NCBI RefSeq assembly: GCF_009914755.1
Contig: NC_060926.1
Source of the DNA: the human T2T-CHM13v2.0 reference genome, Homo sapiens
Reading direction: 5' to 3' (one strand)
DNA length: 64,000 nucleotides
The position numbers and the translations under genes are program-made. Below the pieces are notes generated by a model, which saw nothing but the letters and a program-made list of their open reading frames with translations, had not been told where the DNA came from and did not search any database. Of the stretch, positions 13,701 through 29,039 are shown in pieces. Each line of letters begins with the position of its first letter. Position 1 is the first letter of the stretch.

Positions 13701-14915
13701 GCGTGTGTGTCTGTGTGTTTGTGTACATACCTGTATTTGCTTGGGGCTTGTGTGTGGTATGTTACAAAGAGTGAATTTCTGGAAATAGAAATCAGTTAAA
13801 TGTTGAAAGTTCAGGTTAGCAGAAATATTTCATTTAAATATGCTTTACTTTGGAGGACAATTGATTAACAGAGGAAATGATAATTTTCAAAAATGTGATC
13901 AATTTACTGCATGATGAAATGTGAAAACAGTGCCTTTTTAGGACATCAATTATAATAAAATTGTTTTAAAATATTAACAAAGATCTCAAAAAGTTGTCAT
14001 GAACATTATTCATTTATTTTTAAACTGGATCTAAATAAGAGCTTAGATGGCCAAAATTAGAATTAATAATATACCCATTTAAATTTTGTTCATAAATTTA
14101 AAATCTTAATCAGAATTCTTTATAAAATGTGGGTCATAGATATGACCCAGTGTTACTAAAATAGAACAGGGATTGTGAAAATCCAGCTCAACATACTTAA
14201 GTATACTTGGCTTAGAGCCAAGTATACTTGAAGAGGTGAATTATTCTGACTTGGACATGCATGCTCTTTGATGGATAAAATAAAAATATTCAATTTATTC
14301 TTACAAAAGAAGGTGGGTGGGTGAGTGGGTTCGTTTTAGTGTTCTCAGATTATAAAGACAGCTATAAAGACAGCACTTTCCGCACACAAAGTGTATTTTA
14401 CAAACCTTTTTTATACAAATTAATGAGCTCTACTTTATTTAAGTGTTCATGGAATGATGTAAATTTTAGGTCCAGTTGAACAAATATTGAGTGCCTATCA
14501 TATGCAAGACTAACTCCTTACTAGGAATGAAATCACACAGTGTCTTCTGTTTGCAGTATGTGAACTTTATGTTTGAAAAGAAATTATTATATTTAAATTT
14601 TTTTGTTGTCAGAGTTTATCATTGTATACTGTAACCCAGTAAATTTTGCATTCAGTTTTAAAAAATGAAGATGTAACTTACCTGAGTCTCATTTTTGAAA
14701 ATGAAATTCTGCAAAAATTATTTAAAAATTAGTTCTTGGGGAAATTGATTTTCAAGATTCAAGTGTATAAAAACTTATATTGAACTTTTCAGCCTCGTTT
14801 TTAATTAGCTGATGTTAATGATAAGATACATAATACATGTATCTTGTTGCTGAAAATATTTTTTGCATTTCAACACATTGAGTTAAAATAAAGTTGTTAC
14901 TACTTATTCAAGATT
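10763..14915 (+). other. SPOPL: SPOPL 3'UTR (~4.1 kb, AU-rich, no obvious interspersed repeats); 3' end approximate
   Basis: Follows the stop codon. AATAAA at 14887-14892 with a downstream T/GT-rich stretch. Further AATAAA at 11846, 13954 and 14279. Confidence 0.75.
14887..14892 (+). terminator. Probable distal polyadenylation signal of SPOPL
   Basis: AATAAA followed within ~40 nt by TCTTGTGTTTATTTG, a GU/U-rich downstream-element-like stretch. Confidence 0.7.
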
Positions 14916-16299
14916 AATTGGCTTATCTTGTGTTTATTTGAAGAATACATACTCTTCTTTTTCAGGTTGGTATGATGCTTTGCAAAAGAGCCATGTATTT
15001 GATACGGTAAATCATGCATAGTAATTGTCTTTTCTACATAGGGGAGCTCTTGTTTTTTGGAACCAATTGAAGACATTCTTAACTGTAAAATATTAATATG
15101 CATTTATTTTAATATGTATGAACCATCAATACTGGATGACTTATTCTAATGCTACGTACCATTAATGTAACAGAGATCACCTTTTCCCTGTCATTCCTAT
15201 CCTGTCTTAATTTCAGTTATCCCAGACAATTTAATCATTTGATGCTATCAGAAAGCAAATTGGGGCAGGATATTCCTGAATCAGTTTAGTAACAGTAACG
15301 CAATTAGTGCTTTAAAATTATGGCCAATATAGTAGTAGAAAGGCACAGTGAAAAACCTTCCATGTACCTCAGACACACATACATGCACTGAATTTTCCCT
15401 AATAGAATGAAAGAGGGTTGAAAAATTTAGCACATCATCTATGCAAGTATAGTAAAGTAAGATAAGTGGTTAATAATATTGTAAATGTTACTAATGAACT
15501 CTGTGTAACCTTTTGCTTCCTCCTCTGCTGCAGCCAGTCCCCTTAATACTTTGAGAACACTGGGATGTGATGTCTCCGTCTGCCACCTCAGAATCATTTG
15601 TTCCTACGAGAAGGCCAAGAGTGGTACTTGCTTTGATCACTGTTTTTAAATAGAAGACACATTGGTAGAAATCTTTCATATAATATGTTGCTGCTTTTGG
15701 GGGGGTGTTGGGGAGTACCAGAGAGGTCTGCATGCATCTGCAGTGTACACTGGCAAACAAAAGGTTTGTCATTCCCGTTGTCCTGTTGTGCTTCCTTTCC
15801 ACCTCTCCCTGGCTGTTCCCCCACCCCCTTGTTCCTTTTGTAAAGGATGCAGGTGTAGTCTTGTGCCAGTCTGTGACATAACACCTGAACAATTTCTATG
15901 GTATCCTACCCATTTGCTCAGATTCAAACCAGGCCTTAATCGATAACAAGCAAAGAGAAAAAAAGGTGGGATTTGTAAATAACAATTACAGCAAAAAAAA
16001 AAAAAAAAAAAAAAACACTGAGAACTCTGCTATTCTGCTTAAAATAGATATATTGCCATAAGGAGAGGTTTTTAGAATGTGTGTTTTATAAAGTCCTAAA
16101 AAAATTGTGATGGTCATTATAATAGGCAAAGATGAAAAATGAGAATGGCATGAGTTGAAAAAAGGTACTAAAGTTAGATGCATTAAATTTGATCAACACC
16201 AGAAATGATAAAGCAGACATTTGAATCAGTAGAAGACAAGGTTGAGAAATGTTTCCAGATTATGAGGACAAGAATAGAGAGATGAAGAAAAAGACAATT

Positions 16300-17050
16300 C
16301 AGTTTAATTTATATTAGCAGTTAATTAAATGGAGTACCTGGCACTGTGTGGAGCTGTTTGCAGTGATGAAATAGTCTGTGTGTTCATGAAGTTTATTTTC
16401 TTGAAGAAAATGCAGTCATATAATAGCATGTGATAATTGTGATAGGAATACAAGAGGAGCCCCTAGCCTAGGGGTGAGGGTGGAAGTCCCAGATGGCTTT
16501 TCTGAGTAAGCGATGTCTAAATTGAGATTCAGTGGAAATTAAGCAGCTTAGTGAGGGTGTCATCCAGCCCATTATTTGAAGTCTTAGAGGCTGACCAAGG
16601 TTCATATAGAACATTTATAGAAATGAAAATGAAGATGGCTATATCCTACTGTGTAAAGGGAAGAAAGGACTAACATAAACCAGTAAGACAGGGTTACAGT
16701 TTATTATAGGCCTTATTAAAGGAACCTGACTTAACCTGGGAGGACTGAAGTGTTTCAAATGGGGGTATGTCATGCTGATCAACAATCTATCAATCTTTAC
16801 ATAGTTTGGAGGGGGCTTTTTCCATTAAGGGGAGATTTAAGAGGAAACACTGAAACAACTTGAAAATAAATTGTGTAGGTAGAAGGGAGAAAGAGGAGTT
16901 AAGAGTGGCTTCCAGGTTCCAGGTTTTGTGTTTGGCTAACTGGGTGGAGGGTAGTATTGTTCCCTGATACAGTAATTACAAGAATGGGAATATTTTTGGA
17001 AAAAAAAATTTCATTTGGAGGCTGTTGAACTTACTGTTCCTATGGTGCAT
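16300..17050 (-). mobile_element. L2 fragment
   Basis: L2-like antisense motifs (tggagtacctggcactgtgt; agagtggcttccaggtt...tttggctaactgggtgga). Approximate. Confidence 0.55.
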
Positions 17051-17060
17051 TCTGTTCCTA

Positions 17061-18877
<1,817 letters not shown>

Positions 18878-18888
18878 GACACTTTCCA

Positions 18889-18894
18889 TGTGTT

Positions 18895-18929
<35 letters not shown>

Positions 18930-18976
18930 AAGGGAGGAGGAGGAGGAGGAGCAGGAGGAGGAGGAGGAGGAGGGAG
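18889..18976. repeat. Compound microsatellite (TG)n(AG)n(GGA)n
   Basis: Read directly from the sequence. Confidence 0.95.
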
Positions 18977-19199
18977 AACTGTTAACATTCAAGCATAAAA
19001 GAACTTAGCACATCAAAGTCTTGATCAAATCTATTCCTCTTGGGATTTAAGGTTTTAGGCTGAATGGACAAGTGTTTCCTTTTAGTAATAATTATACAAT
19101 TGAGCCCTTATTTGGTATAAGATACAGTGATGCCAAAAGAAAAATACAAAAAAAGACATGTCCTTTACTTTAATTCACCTTGCTGACAATTAGAGAAAC

Positions 19200-22100
19200 A
19201 GTTATTAATTAATAATGATCAATCTTGCTAGATATTTATAAAAAACAGACTTTGTTCATTTTCTCTGTTGGTGTCCATTTTCTGTTTCATCAGTGTGTCC
19301 TCATTTAGCTTTATTACTTACCCTTTGTTTCCTAGCTTCTTAAGGTGAAGGCTTAAATCATTGATTTTTATATAGTTCTTTTCTTATGAGCATGTAAAGT
19401 TTTTAATTTTTCTCTATCTGCTACCTTAATTACATTATATAATATTTTGTTGGATGTATGTTCATTATCACAAGTTCAAAATATTTTCTAATATGCCTTG
19501 GGATTTATTCTGTGGCTCATGGATTTGCCTTCTATATTTGGGAGAATTTTCCTAGGTATCATAGTTTTATTGATCTCTTACTTAAATCTCTGGTGGTCAA
19601 ATAATATGCTCTGTATAATTTCAATCAGTTGACATTTGTTGATACTTGTTTTATGGCACAATATGCTCTGTGAAGGTTTTATATGCATCTGAAAAGAATG
19701 TGTTTTCTGCAGTTAAGTGTTGTGTGTTATAAATGACGATTAGGTAGAGCTGATTGATAGTACTATTTAAATCTATATGTTTACTCATTTTTGTTTCCTT
19801 TTTTCCAGCAATTACCGAACAATGGTGTTAAAATCTCTAACTTTATCCATGGATTGGTTTGCTTCTCCCTTTAGTTCTGTTAATTTTTTATTTGTGTATT
19901 TTGAAATTCTGTTATTAAGGGCACACATATTTAAGGTTGTTATGTCTTCTTGATTCGTTGATTTTTTTTAATTTTCACAAAAGATCTTTATCAATAGTGA
20001 GACCCTCTTCATTTTAGAGTTACTTTAATGATTACTGTTGTCACATCAGCTTTTTATATTGTTTTAAAAGTTATCTTTCCCCATTCTTTTACCTTCAGTT
20101 TACTTCTCTCTTTAAAAAAGTGTGTTTCATGTAAATAGCATATAGTTGGATCTTGCTTTTTATCCATTGTGAAAATCTCTGCACTTGGAGTGTTTACTCC
20201 ATTTCAGTTAATGTGATTAGTTTTAAGTTTGGGTTTAACTCTTCCATCTTGATATCTAGTATTTATTCCATCCATTTTTTATTCCCCTCTTTCTCCTCTC
20301 CTGCTTTATACTGAATGAATTGCACTTTAATGTTCTGTTTTATCTTGCATGTTCAAACTTTTGCTACAATTCCTTTTATCTGTTTTCAAGTTACCCTAAA
20401 GATTACAATAAGTACCTTTAGCACAGGCTGTTTCAACTAATACGACACTTCACATACAGCAGTCTAATTCTGTTCAACCTTTTGTGCTTTTATCTGCTTA
20501 TATTTTACTTCTACACATGATATAAAACACAAGATACATTTTTTAAATTTAAAATAGGCAAGAGTTTTTAAAGTACATTTAAAACATATATTTATACATA
20601 CGGAGTTTTGTTGTTGTTGTTTTTGAGACGGAGTCTCGCTCTGTTGCCCAGGCTGGAGTGCAGTGGCACCATCTTGCTCACTGCAAGCTCCACCTCCCGG
20701 GTTCACGCCATTCTCCTGCCTCGGCCTCCCGAGTAGCTGGGACTACATACAGGTGCCCGCCACCACGCCCGGCCAATTTTTTGTATTTTCAGTAGAGATG
20801 GGGTTTCACCATATTAGCCAGGATGGTCTCAATCTCCTGACCTCGTGATCTACCCACCTCGGCCTCCCAAAGTGCTGGGATTACAGGCATGAGCCACCGC
20901 ACCTGGCCCTTTTTTTTTTTTTTCTCACAAAAAATGTCAGTTACATTTACCCAAATATTTACCCTTTCAGGGCTCTTTGTTCCTTCTTTCAGATCTTTAT
21001 TTCCTTCTAGCATAATTTCCATTTAGCCTGAAGAATTTCTATTAGCATTTCTTCTACTGAAGCTTTTGTGTGTCTCAAATTTCTTTTTATTTCTCCTTCA
21101 ACTTTTAAAATTTATTTTTTCTTTCTAAAGTGATCAGAAAGAATCCATTTTTAAATGACCATTTCACTGGATATTGAATGCTAAGTTGATAAGTGTTTCC
21201 CACCCTGCCCCCTACAAGACTTTAAAGATGTTATTTCATTGGGTCCTGGTCTCTGGTTTTTTTTTCGTGTTTTGTTTTGTTTTGTTTTGTTTTGTGGTGG
21301 TTTGTATTGTTCCACTGTGTGTAATATGTGGTTTTTTCCCCTGCTTCGTATGCTTTTAAAATTTGTTCTTTATCTTTGGTTTTCAGCAGTTTTACTGCAG
21401 GTACGATTTTCTCTGGATTGATCCTCCTTAGGATTTCTTGAGCTTTTTGGATATATAGTTTGGTGTCTTTCATCAGTTTTCAAAAAAAATTTTTAAATAT
21501 TTTTTCTTCCTCATGCTCTCTTTCCTCTCCATCTGTGACTCCAATTATGCATATATTAAATCATTTGATATTGCCTCACATATCTCAGATGCTCTGTTTT
21601 GTTTTGGTTTTCTTTTTTTTATTCTTTAACTGGTTTGTTTTTCAATTTGGGTATTATCTATTGACCTATTTTCAAGTTCACACATTATTTCCTAAATCGA
21701 GTCCAGTTTGCTGTTAAGCTCACCTAATGAGTTTACTTCCAGAATTTCCATTTGATTCTTTCAGTGTTCCAATGCCTCTACTAAAATTTCTTATTCTCTT
21801 CATGCATATTGTTCATCTTTCCTGTATCCTCAACATTTTTATTATAGTTTCAAATCTTTGATAATTTCAATTTCTAGGCCATAGCTGGGTCTTCTACTAT
21901 TTCCTATCATAACCATTTTATGTATGTTGTCAGACTTATTGGCATAAAGTTGTTTGTTCATTATATTCCCTTTTTGTTAACTTTTAATGTTTGTAGGACA
22001 TGAAGTAATAGTGCTTCTTCGTTTCTAATTTTGGTACTTTTTTCCCCTTTCTTGATTGCTCTTGGTAAACGTTTATCAGCTTTAATCTTTTCACAGGTCA

Positions 22101-23640
22101 ATTTTGTTATCTCTTGATTTTTTTCCTGTTGTTTATTACCTATTTTATTGATTTCCAACTTGTCTAATTATTTCCCTTTTTCATTATGCTGTTTAATTTT
22201 TTCATTTTTTTCCTAGCTTTTTAAGTTAGAAGCTTAGATCATGGATTTTACACTTTTATTCCTTCCTGACATAGCATTTAAAGCCATAACTTTCCTCTAA
22301 GAAAATCTTATAATAGCATCTTACAAATTATTTTTATTGTGTTTTCATTATTGTTCCATTTCAACCATTTTCTAACTTCCTCGTGATATTTTTCTGTTAT
22401 CATGGAGTTATTTGGAAGTGTTTTAGCTTGATTTCCAAATAGCTGGAATTTTTCTATATAGCTCATTTTTAATTTTTATCTCAATTCTCTGGTGGCCCGA
22501 GGATATACTCTAGCCATTGATATTTACTGATGCTTGTTTTAGTACTCAGCATGTAGTTTCTCTTGGTAAATGTTTCAAATGCATTGAAAAGAATATAACT
22601 GTCAGTTGTTTTCTGTAGCAATCCACAAATATCTATTAGGTCCAATTGATTGGTAATGCTATTCAAATCTATACTTTACTAATTTTTGTGTGCTGTTCTC
22701 TATCAGTTACTGAGAGAGGGATGTTGATCTCACCAACTATAGTTGTTGAATTGCTTATTTCTCCTTTCAGTCCTGCCCATTTTATTTCTTATATTTCAAG
22801 CTCTTTTTATTAGATACACATGCATTTAGGATTTTTATGTTTTCCTAATGAATTGATCTGTTATCATTAAATAATACTCTTCTGTATCCCTGATGACACT
22901 CTTTGTCTTGAAGTCTACTTTAGCAATATTAATATACACTACCTTTTTTAGGCTTACATTCTGATGGTACACATTTTTCCACACTTTCACCTTTCACTAT
23001 CAACTTGATGTTTTTATATTTACAGTGAGTCTTTTGTGGAAAACACATATGTTGGTCTTAGCTTTTTATCCAGTCTAAGAAGCTTGCCTTTTGATTGGTG
23101 TGTGTAAACTATAAATATGTTATGTAAATGTTATTGTGTAATTACTGATAAGTATGAATTTGCATCTACTATCTTAGTATTCTTTTTTATATGTCCCGTC
23201 TGTTTTTCATTCTTTTGTTCGTCTCCTCTCTTATGTGTTTTTTTAAAAAGTTTTCAATATCCTAATTTATTTCTTCTGTTTCCTTTTTAGCTATACCTTT
23301 TTTCGTTTTTAGTGGTTATTCTAGACATTACAATGTGTATCCTTAATGAAAAAGATTAGTTTACTTAATGTTGCATCATTTCATGTAAACTATAAAAAAT
23401 ACACAACTGTTTAATTTCATTTATTGCTTCCCCACCCTTTGCACCACTGTTGTCATACACTTTATTTTTAAATACATTATAAGCCCTACAATATCCTGTT
23501 GTAGTTATTTTAAATAGTTAATATATTTTTTTAAAAAATAAGAGAAGAAAAATGAAAAAAAAATTTCTATTTATCCACATATTTACTATTTCAATGCTCT
23601 GTACTTATTCCTGCACATCTGAGTTTCCATGTAGTATTTT
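19200..23640 (-). mobile_element. Old L1M fragments: two consecutive pieces covering the ORF1/ORF2 5' region
   Basis: Remnant peptides IQKAQEILRRINPEK..VKLLKTKDKEQILKA (ORF1p-like, 21231-21473), NQLDLIDI..FTKRNYMLSTKTSISKY (endonuclease-like, 22481-22666) and EINKIGNK..TKIRNEE (21961-22158). Confidence 0.8.
20606..20908 (-). mobile_element. Alu (AluY/AluSc-like)
   Basis: Full antisense dimer with (TTG)n tail. Confidence 0.93.
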
Positions 23641-24137
23641 TGCATGTATTTATAGAGCGCTGGCAGGGAGTTTGTGAATAAGTTAATGTTTGATAAATAG
23701 AAAACTAAAGCAAATATACAAACAAAAATATACAATCAAGAAATAGCCATATCAACAAGTTTGGAATTTGGAAAGAGGAAGGTAAATTCCAGAGTGAAGA
23801 GTTCAGAGTTGGCAGGGTTTGTCTCCAGGAAGCAGGAATTGACAAAGCATGGAGCTGCTTTCTCAAAATAAGTTTTGTTTTACTGTTTGACTCTTTATAT
23901 TATGTACATGTACTACTCTGATAACAAACAAAAATTGTTAAGCTAATGGGAATATCCAAGTGAGAGGGAGGGCATGAATATACAGGAAACAGGCTAATGG
24001 GTTGTGTATAATTTCATGCACATTGTGATGGTATTCAATAAAGTAAGAGACCTTAAATAGGAGAAAGGATAGTTACTCTTGTCCATTTTAACAAGAGGGA
24101 AGGAGAGAGTAGGATCAAACTAGGTTATGGTAGGTTT

Positions 24138-24933
24138 TGTTAATGGTGGCAAATGTCCAGGTTACAATCGGTGAATCCGACCGATCTACAGCAACCTCAA
24201 TTCTTGCCTCCTCAGAAGAAAGAATTCTACTTAGGGTCAGAAGGTAGAAAAAGCGACCGAGGCAAGTTTCAGAGCAGGAGTACAAGTTTATTAAAAAGCT
24301 TTAGAGCAGGAAAAAAAAGAAAAGTACACTTGGAAGAGACCCAAGCGGGAACTGTGAGGGTCAACTATGCCATTTGACCTTTTGACTTGGGGTTTATATG
24401 TTGGCATATTTCCAGGGTCTTGAATCCCTTTTCCCATGTTTCTTCCCTCAGGGTGGGTCACCCACACAGTGACCTGCTAACACTTTGGAGGTAAGCATGT
24501 GCAATGTGTTTACTGGAGTTGTACGCATGCTTGCCTAAAGCATTCTTCCCATTTCCAGTGGAATGCCCCTGGAAGGTTATACTCTGCCATTTTGCTTCTT
24601 AATGTGCATGCTTGTGCCCACTCACCCAATTCCTGAATATTTTATTGGCAGCTGCTGATTACCAGTCTCAAGTGTATTTATCTATTGGGAAATTGCCTCT
24701 CCTTGGCACTGGCTGGACCAGTTATCATTTTAGTATGACAACTGCCGGCCCATCAGGAAACTGCCTCCTCTGGCACTGGCTACAACCAATTGTTATTTTA
24801 GAAAGTGTGATAACTGCCGGACCATCATCTAATGGTCACCTCTGACATTTCTGGTGGTGGGATGGGGGATAGGGCAGTTGGTGGGGAACCCTCTCCTGCC
24901 CCACTCCTGCCTGACTAGCTACCTACTGTAACA
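24138..24933 (-). mobile_element. ERV1-class solo LTR (MER50-like)
   Basis: TG...CA termini with 4-bp TSD GTTT (24134-24137, 24934-24937). The reverse complement starts tgttacagtaggtagctagtcaggc, like MER50. Confidence 0.8.
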
Positions 24934-25782
24934 GTTTTGTATATATGGTAGTAGGAAACAGGTGTTCTGGTTCTGTTTTCTCTATGAAGAAATCAGCATG
25001 AGAGTGAAATGAAAACGCAGAATCAAAATGCTTTTTACCTGAAAACTAACAGTGATAAAGATAAGATTTCTTTTTCATTTTCAAACTTTTGATTAACTTT
25101 TTTTTAGTTATTTTTGTTGTCATGTTCATCCTTATAGCCTGATATGTTACTTCTTAGTTTATTTTATCTGTATTTCCTTTTAGGGTTTCTCCTTTCCTTC
25201 CACTTAGTCTCAGGTTTATTTTCTGAAAAGACATTTGTAGGCTTTCAAAGGTATGTTCTTTTTCTGCTCTCTGAATAACCCAAATCAGCTTTATGACTGT
25301 CCGAGAGCTGTTAGCATCTGAGGAAAAAATCATAATTGTCCATGTCATCTCTGTAATTTCTGAACCCCTTCTGAGCTTTGGATGGTATATAGTCAAGATT
25401 TCAAACAAGCTTAAAATCCAGTAGTGGGTATAGAGCAAAAGTCTCCTCCTGTGCATAACTTTCTGTCTTAATGAGCCAGATAGATGTGTTTTGTGCCTGG
25501 AGGAAGGATTTGGTAAATCTGATAGTAGTGACTAGAGAGATCTGCATAGATATTGAAGGGACACTCAATCTAAGTCGGATGATTAGGACTTGGGTCAGCC
25601 AATCAGTTGTATTTCCCTGCTCTCAGCACATACTGATTTAATCGGAGCTATTGGGAATCAATGTCTGCAATTGAATCTTTCACTGCTTACTGTGTAATCT
25701 TGGTCAAATTACTTATCCCCTGAGTTTATTGCCTCATCTTTAAAAATGTTGATAACTTTACTATCTCATAAGAATTTTGTGA

Positions 25783-26121
<339 letters not shown>

Positions 26122-26235
26122 TGTGAATGCAGCTATCACAACTGGCAAACATGCAGGTACATTCTGACTACTGGAGAAAACAGCTCTCAGTTGCCCTCCA
26201 CCACCAACTGACACTTGGTAGTTAACATAAATAAC

Positions 26236-26436
26236 AGCCTGGTCAACATGGTGAAAACCCATCCATCTCTACTAAAAACACAAATTAGCCGGGCATCGTG
26301 GCACTCGCCTGTACTCCCAGCTACTCAGGAGGCTGAGACATGAGAATCACTTGAACCCAGGAGGCAGGGGTTGTGGTGAGCTGAGATCACATCACTGCAC
26401 TCCAGCCTGGGTGACAGAGCGAGACTCTGTCTCAAA
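26236..26436 (+). mobile_element. 5'-truncated Alu
   Basis: Starts at cagcctggtcaacatggtgaaa; right arm complete. Confidence 0.9.
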
Positions 26437-26551
26437 AGAAGGAAAAGGAAAGAGAGAGAAAGATAGAAAAGAAAAAGAAGAAAGAGAAGGGAAGGAAGGA
26501 AGGAAAGAAGGGAGGGAGGGAGGGAGGAGGGGAGAAAGAAGGGAAAGGAAG
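26437..26551. repeat. Polypurine (GA-rich) tract grown from the Alu tail, including GGGAGGGAGGGAGGG at 26510-26524
   Basis: Almost pure A/G for ~115 nt. Confidence 0.9.
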
Positions 26552-26819
26552 TCAGGCAAGAAATTGTTCTTAGGGGAGTCAAGAGTTTTCACCTTTCATT
26601 GAGGCCACTGGCAATCCTTTTGAGGTTCTGATGTGGGAAGTGTGAAGACAAAGATGACACTAGCATAGGAAAAGGGAAAGAGGCTGAGATTGGGAATAGG
26701 AAGAGGACAAAGCAATTCCAGGACAATAGGTGCTGAGGTCCCATCTCAAGTTCATGGCCATGAGCACAGAGGGTAGGAGCAGACCCAATATTGCCCAACT
26801 GTGCTGATGTGCTAGCACG

Positions 26820-28008
26820 AAAATGTAGGTTTAGAGTGAAACTAATGAAACTTCAGCTTCAAGGCTCATCACTGCACACATGAGCTCCTTTAAAGGCTCT
26901 GGGAGGGGTTCTAGTAATGCAATTGCATATTCGTATATTTTCATAAGATTTACAAAATAAAATATTTGACTGCCATTGATTAAGACGTTGGCCTCTATTC
27001 ACTCCCCAACTTTCTGTCACTCTTCCCCTAGTGTTGGGGAGGTAATGGAGTGGCTACAGGCGTTAAGAGGTTCCAACTAAGGAAACTTGAGTTGGAAATC
27101 TATTTCTGCTGTGTTTTGTGGGATCTGTGCATGTGGGACACACAACAGGTTTTAGAAATAATCTTGCCCACCAGGCTAACTCTCTGAAACTGTAAAAAAG
27201 GTGAAAAGCTAGATGTTGTACATGATATAAACATGTCGTCTTGCAGCTGGCATTGAAGTAAATGGGTAATTAAATAGAGAAACAATGTTTGAAATATATG
27301 GAGCCAAATGGCCTGTGGGAAAGCCTTCCAACTCTCAGATATGTAACATTTCAAGAGGTAAATTCAATTCTCATTAATACCTAGACAAAATGGAAGTTGT
27401 GTTCTGTAAGTATATTTTCAGAAATGCACATATATAATTATCAATGCATAATCATATTTTTCTTTTTTGATGGAATTTGTGTGAAATTTATCACATTTTC
27501 TATGTATGTAGGGCGCAAAGCCTGTACAAGTACTCCTAACAGCTATACAGCTTCATGACATGTGAAGTCATGTTTTATGCATCTTAACATACTGCATCTC
27601 ATTACCAGTAATAAGTTGTGAAGGCAGAAGTTTTTTAAAAAAACTATCAGTCCTGTAACACAAATTTCATCAGCCATGTTTCAGACTAAATTTTGTTTCC
27701 ATTACCTTTTTAGAGATATTAGAAAATTGTCAGTATGAACAAGTGCCCTTCAAAGGTTTTACGCCAAACAAATTGTGGGAAAAGAAGAAGTATAGTGTAT
27801 ATCAGACAATTAATAAAACATTGTGTTGTTTACATTGATTTTGTGATGTCTATGTCAGCTTTTCAAGGTTTGTAATTTATTATAATTCCTTATCTCATTT
27901 GAAATCTTCACTTTTCTAACTAATTTTTTTATAATAATTTAGTTTTTTTATAGAGGCCCCCTAAAAATGTATAAACTTCAAGCCTCACAATACCTGTAAT
28001 GGCCCCTG
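26820..28008 (+). mobile_element. Old hAT-Tip100-type DNA transposon remnant (Arthur1-like)
   Basis: 5' motif tgaaactaatgaaacttcagcttcaagg and 3' end aaacttcaagcctcacaatacctgtaatggcccctg resemble recalled termini. Confidence 0.5.
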
Positions 28009-28990
28009 ACAGTGAGAAAATGCAAGATAGGACAGGTGTTCTGGAAAGGGACATTAGTTCACTCCTAACACTGCTGAGAGCATCTAGTTTATTACTAAAC
28101 TGGAATGAATCATTCCACAGATGGGACTACTCTCAGAAATTGACTTCTTTGCTTTTAGTGCCTAGCTATGGACTCTCTAATTCTGCGTAATGGATCAGCT
28201 GCATCCTAGAGCAGATGTTGTCCAAAGCCTTTGGGTATCTTTGTGCTTAATGACTTTCTCTTTCAAATGAGCATGAGACTTCTCAAGCCTTCCTGTTTCC
28301 TTCTAGCAATATGGGGCAATCAGGACATAGGACCTTGAGACACCAAGATAAAAGTTTGTGATGTTCTCTCTGTTATTGCTCCAAGGAAACACTTTACCTT
28401 AATTCTCTCTCTCTTTAAAAAAAAAAAAAAATTAGGGTAAACCAAGGAAATCCCACTTACGTTTTACTAATTAGAAGTTGGGCTTACATTTTTTCTGAAA
28501 CAGAACCAGGTGCACTGTGTTTCAGTGATTACAAATGCAATATTAATATTGCAGATATTCACAAGGTAATATTTCAAATGCAAACTCCTATTAAGAATGT
28601 GTTCAATTTATTCTGTTACTAGCCATCAAGAATCTCTGTAAACTTCCATAGATCTTGTCATTAATTATACATTGAAAATAGTAAGGAGTAAACTAGGTTT
28701 CCACTGTGATTTTTTTTTTTCTCATGGAATTCTAAAGAGCAAGCCAGCCCAATAGATTGATTTACCATAGTATTAATTCTCATTTAAGGGACAGTTGTCA
28801 TACTGCATTGGGTAGTTTCCTCTGATCTTTTTTCAGTTTTGCACTTATCAATCTCGTACTTTCTAAGGCCAAGTCCCTTGATGTTTCCCTAGGAGAAAAA
28901 TGGCTTTCAATACATAGACAGTAAAGAAAAAGGTGGACAACTTCAAATCAATTTAAAGAAGAGCTAATTATTTCAAATTTGACTTGCATC

Positions 28991-28993
28991 CAT

Positions 28994-29038
<45 letters not shown>

Positions 29039-29039
29039 T
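28991..29039. repeat. (ATTT)n tetranucleotide repeat
   Basis: Read directly from the sequence. Confidence 0.95.

Noticed and set aside
15491-15946. Overlapping 133, 96 and 94-aa ORFs downstream of SPOPL
   Set aside because: No recognisable domain, overlapping on both strands and explained by locally higher GC. Only the splice-acceptor signal was kept.
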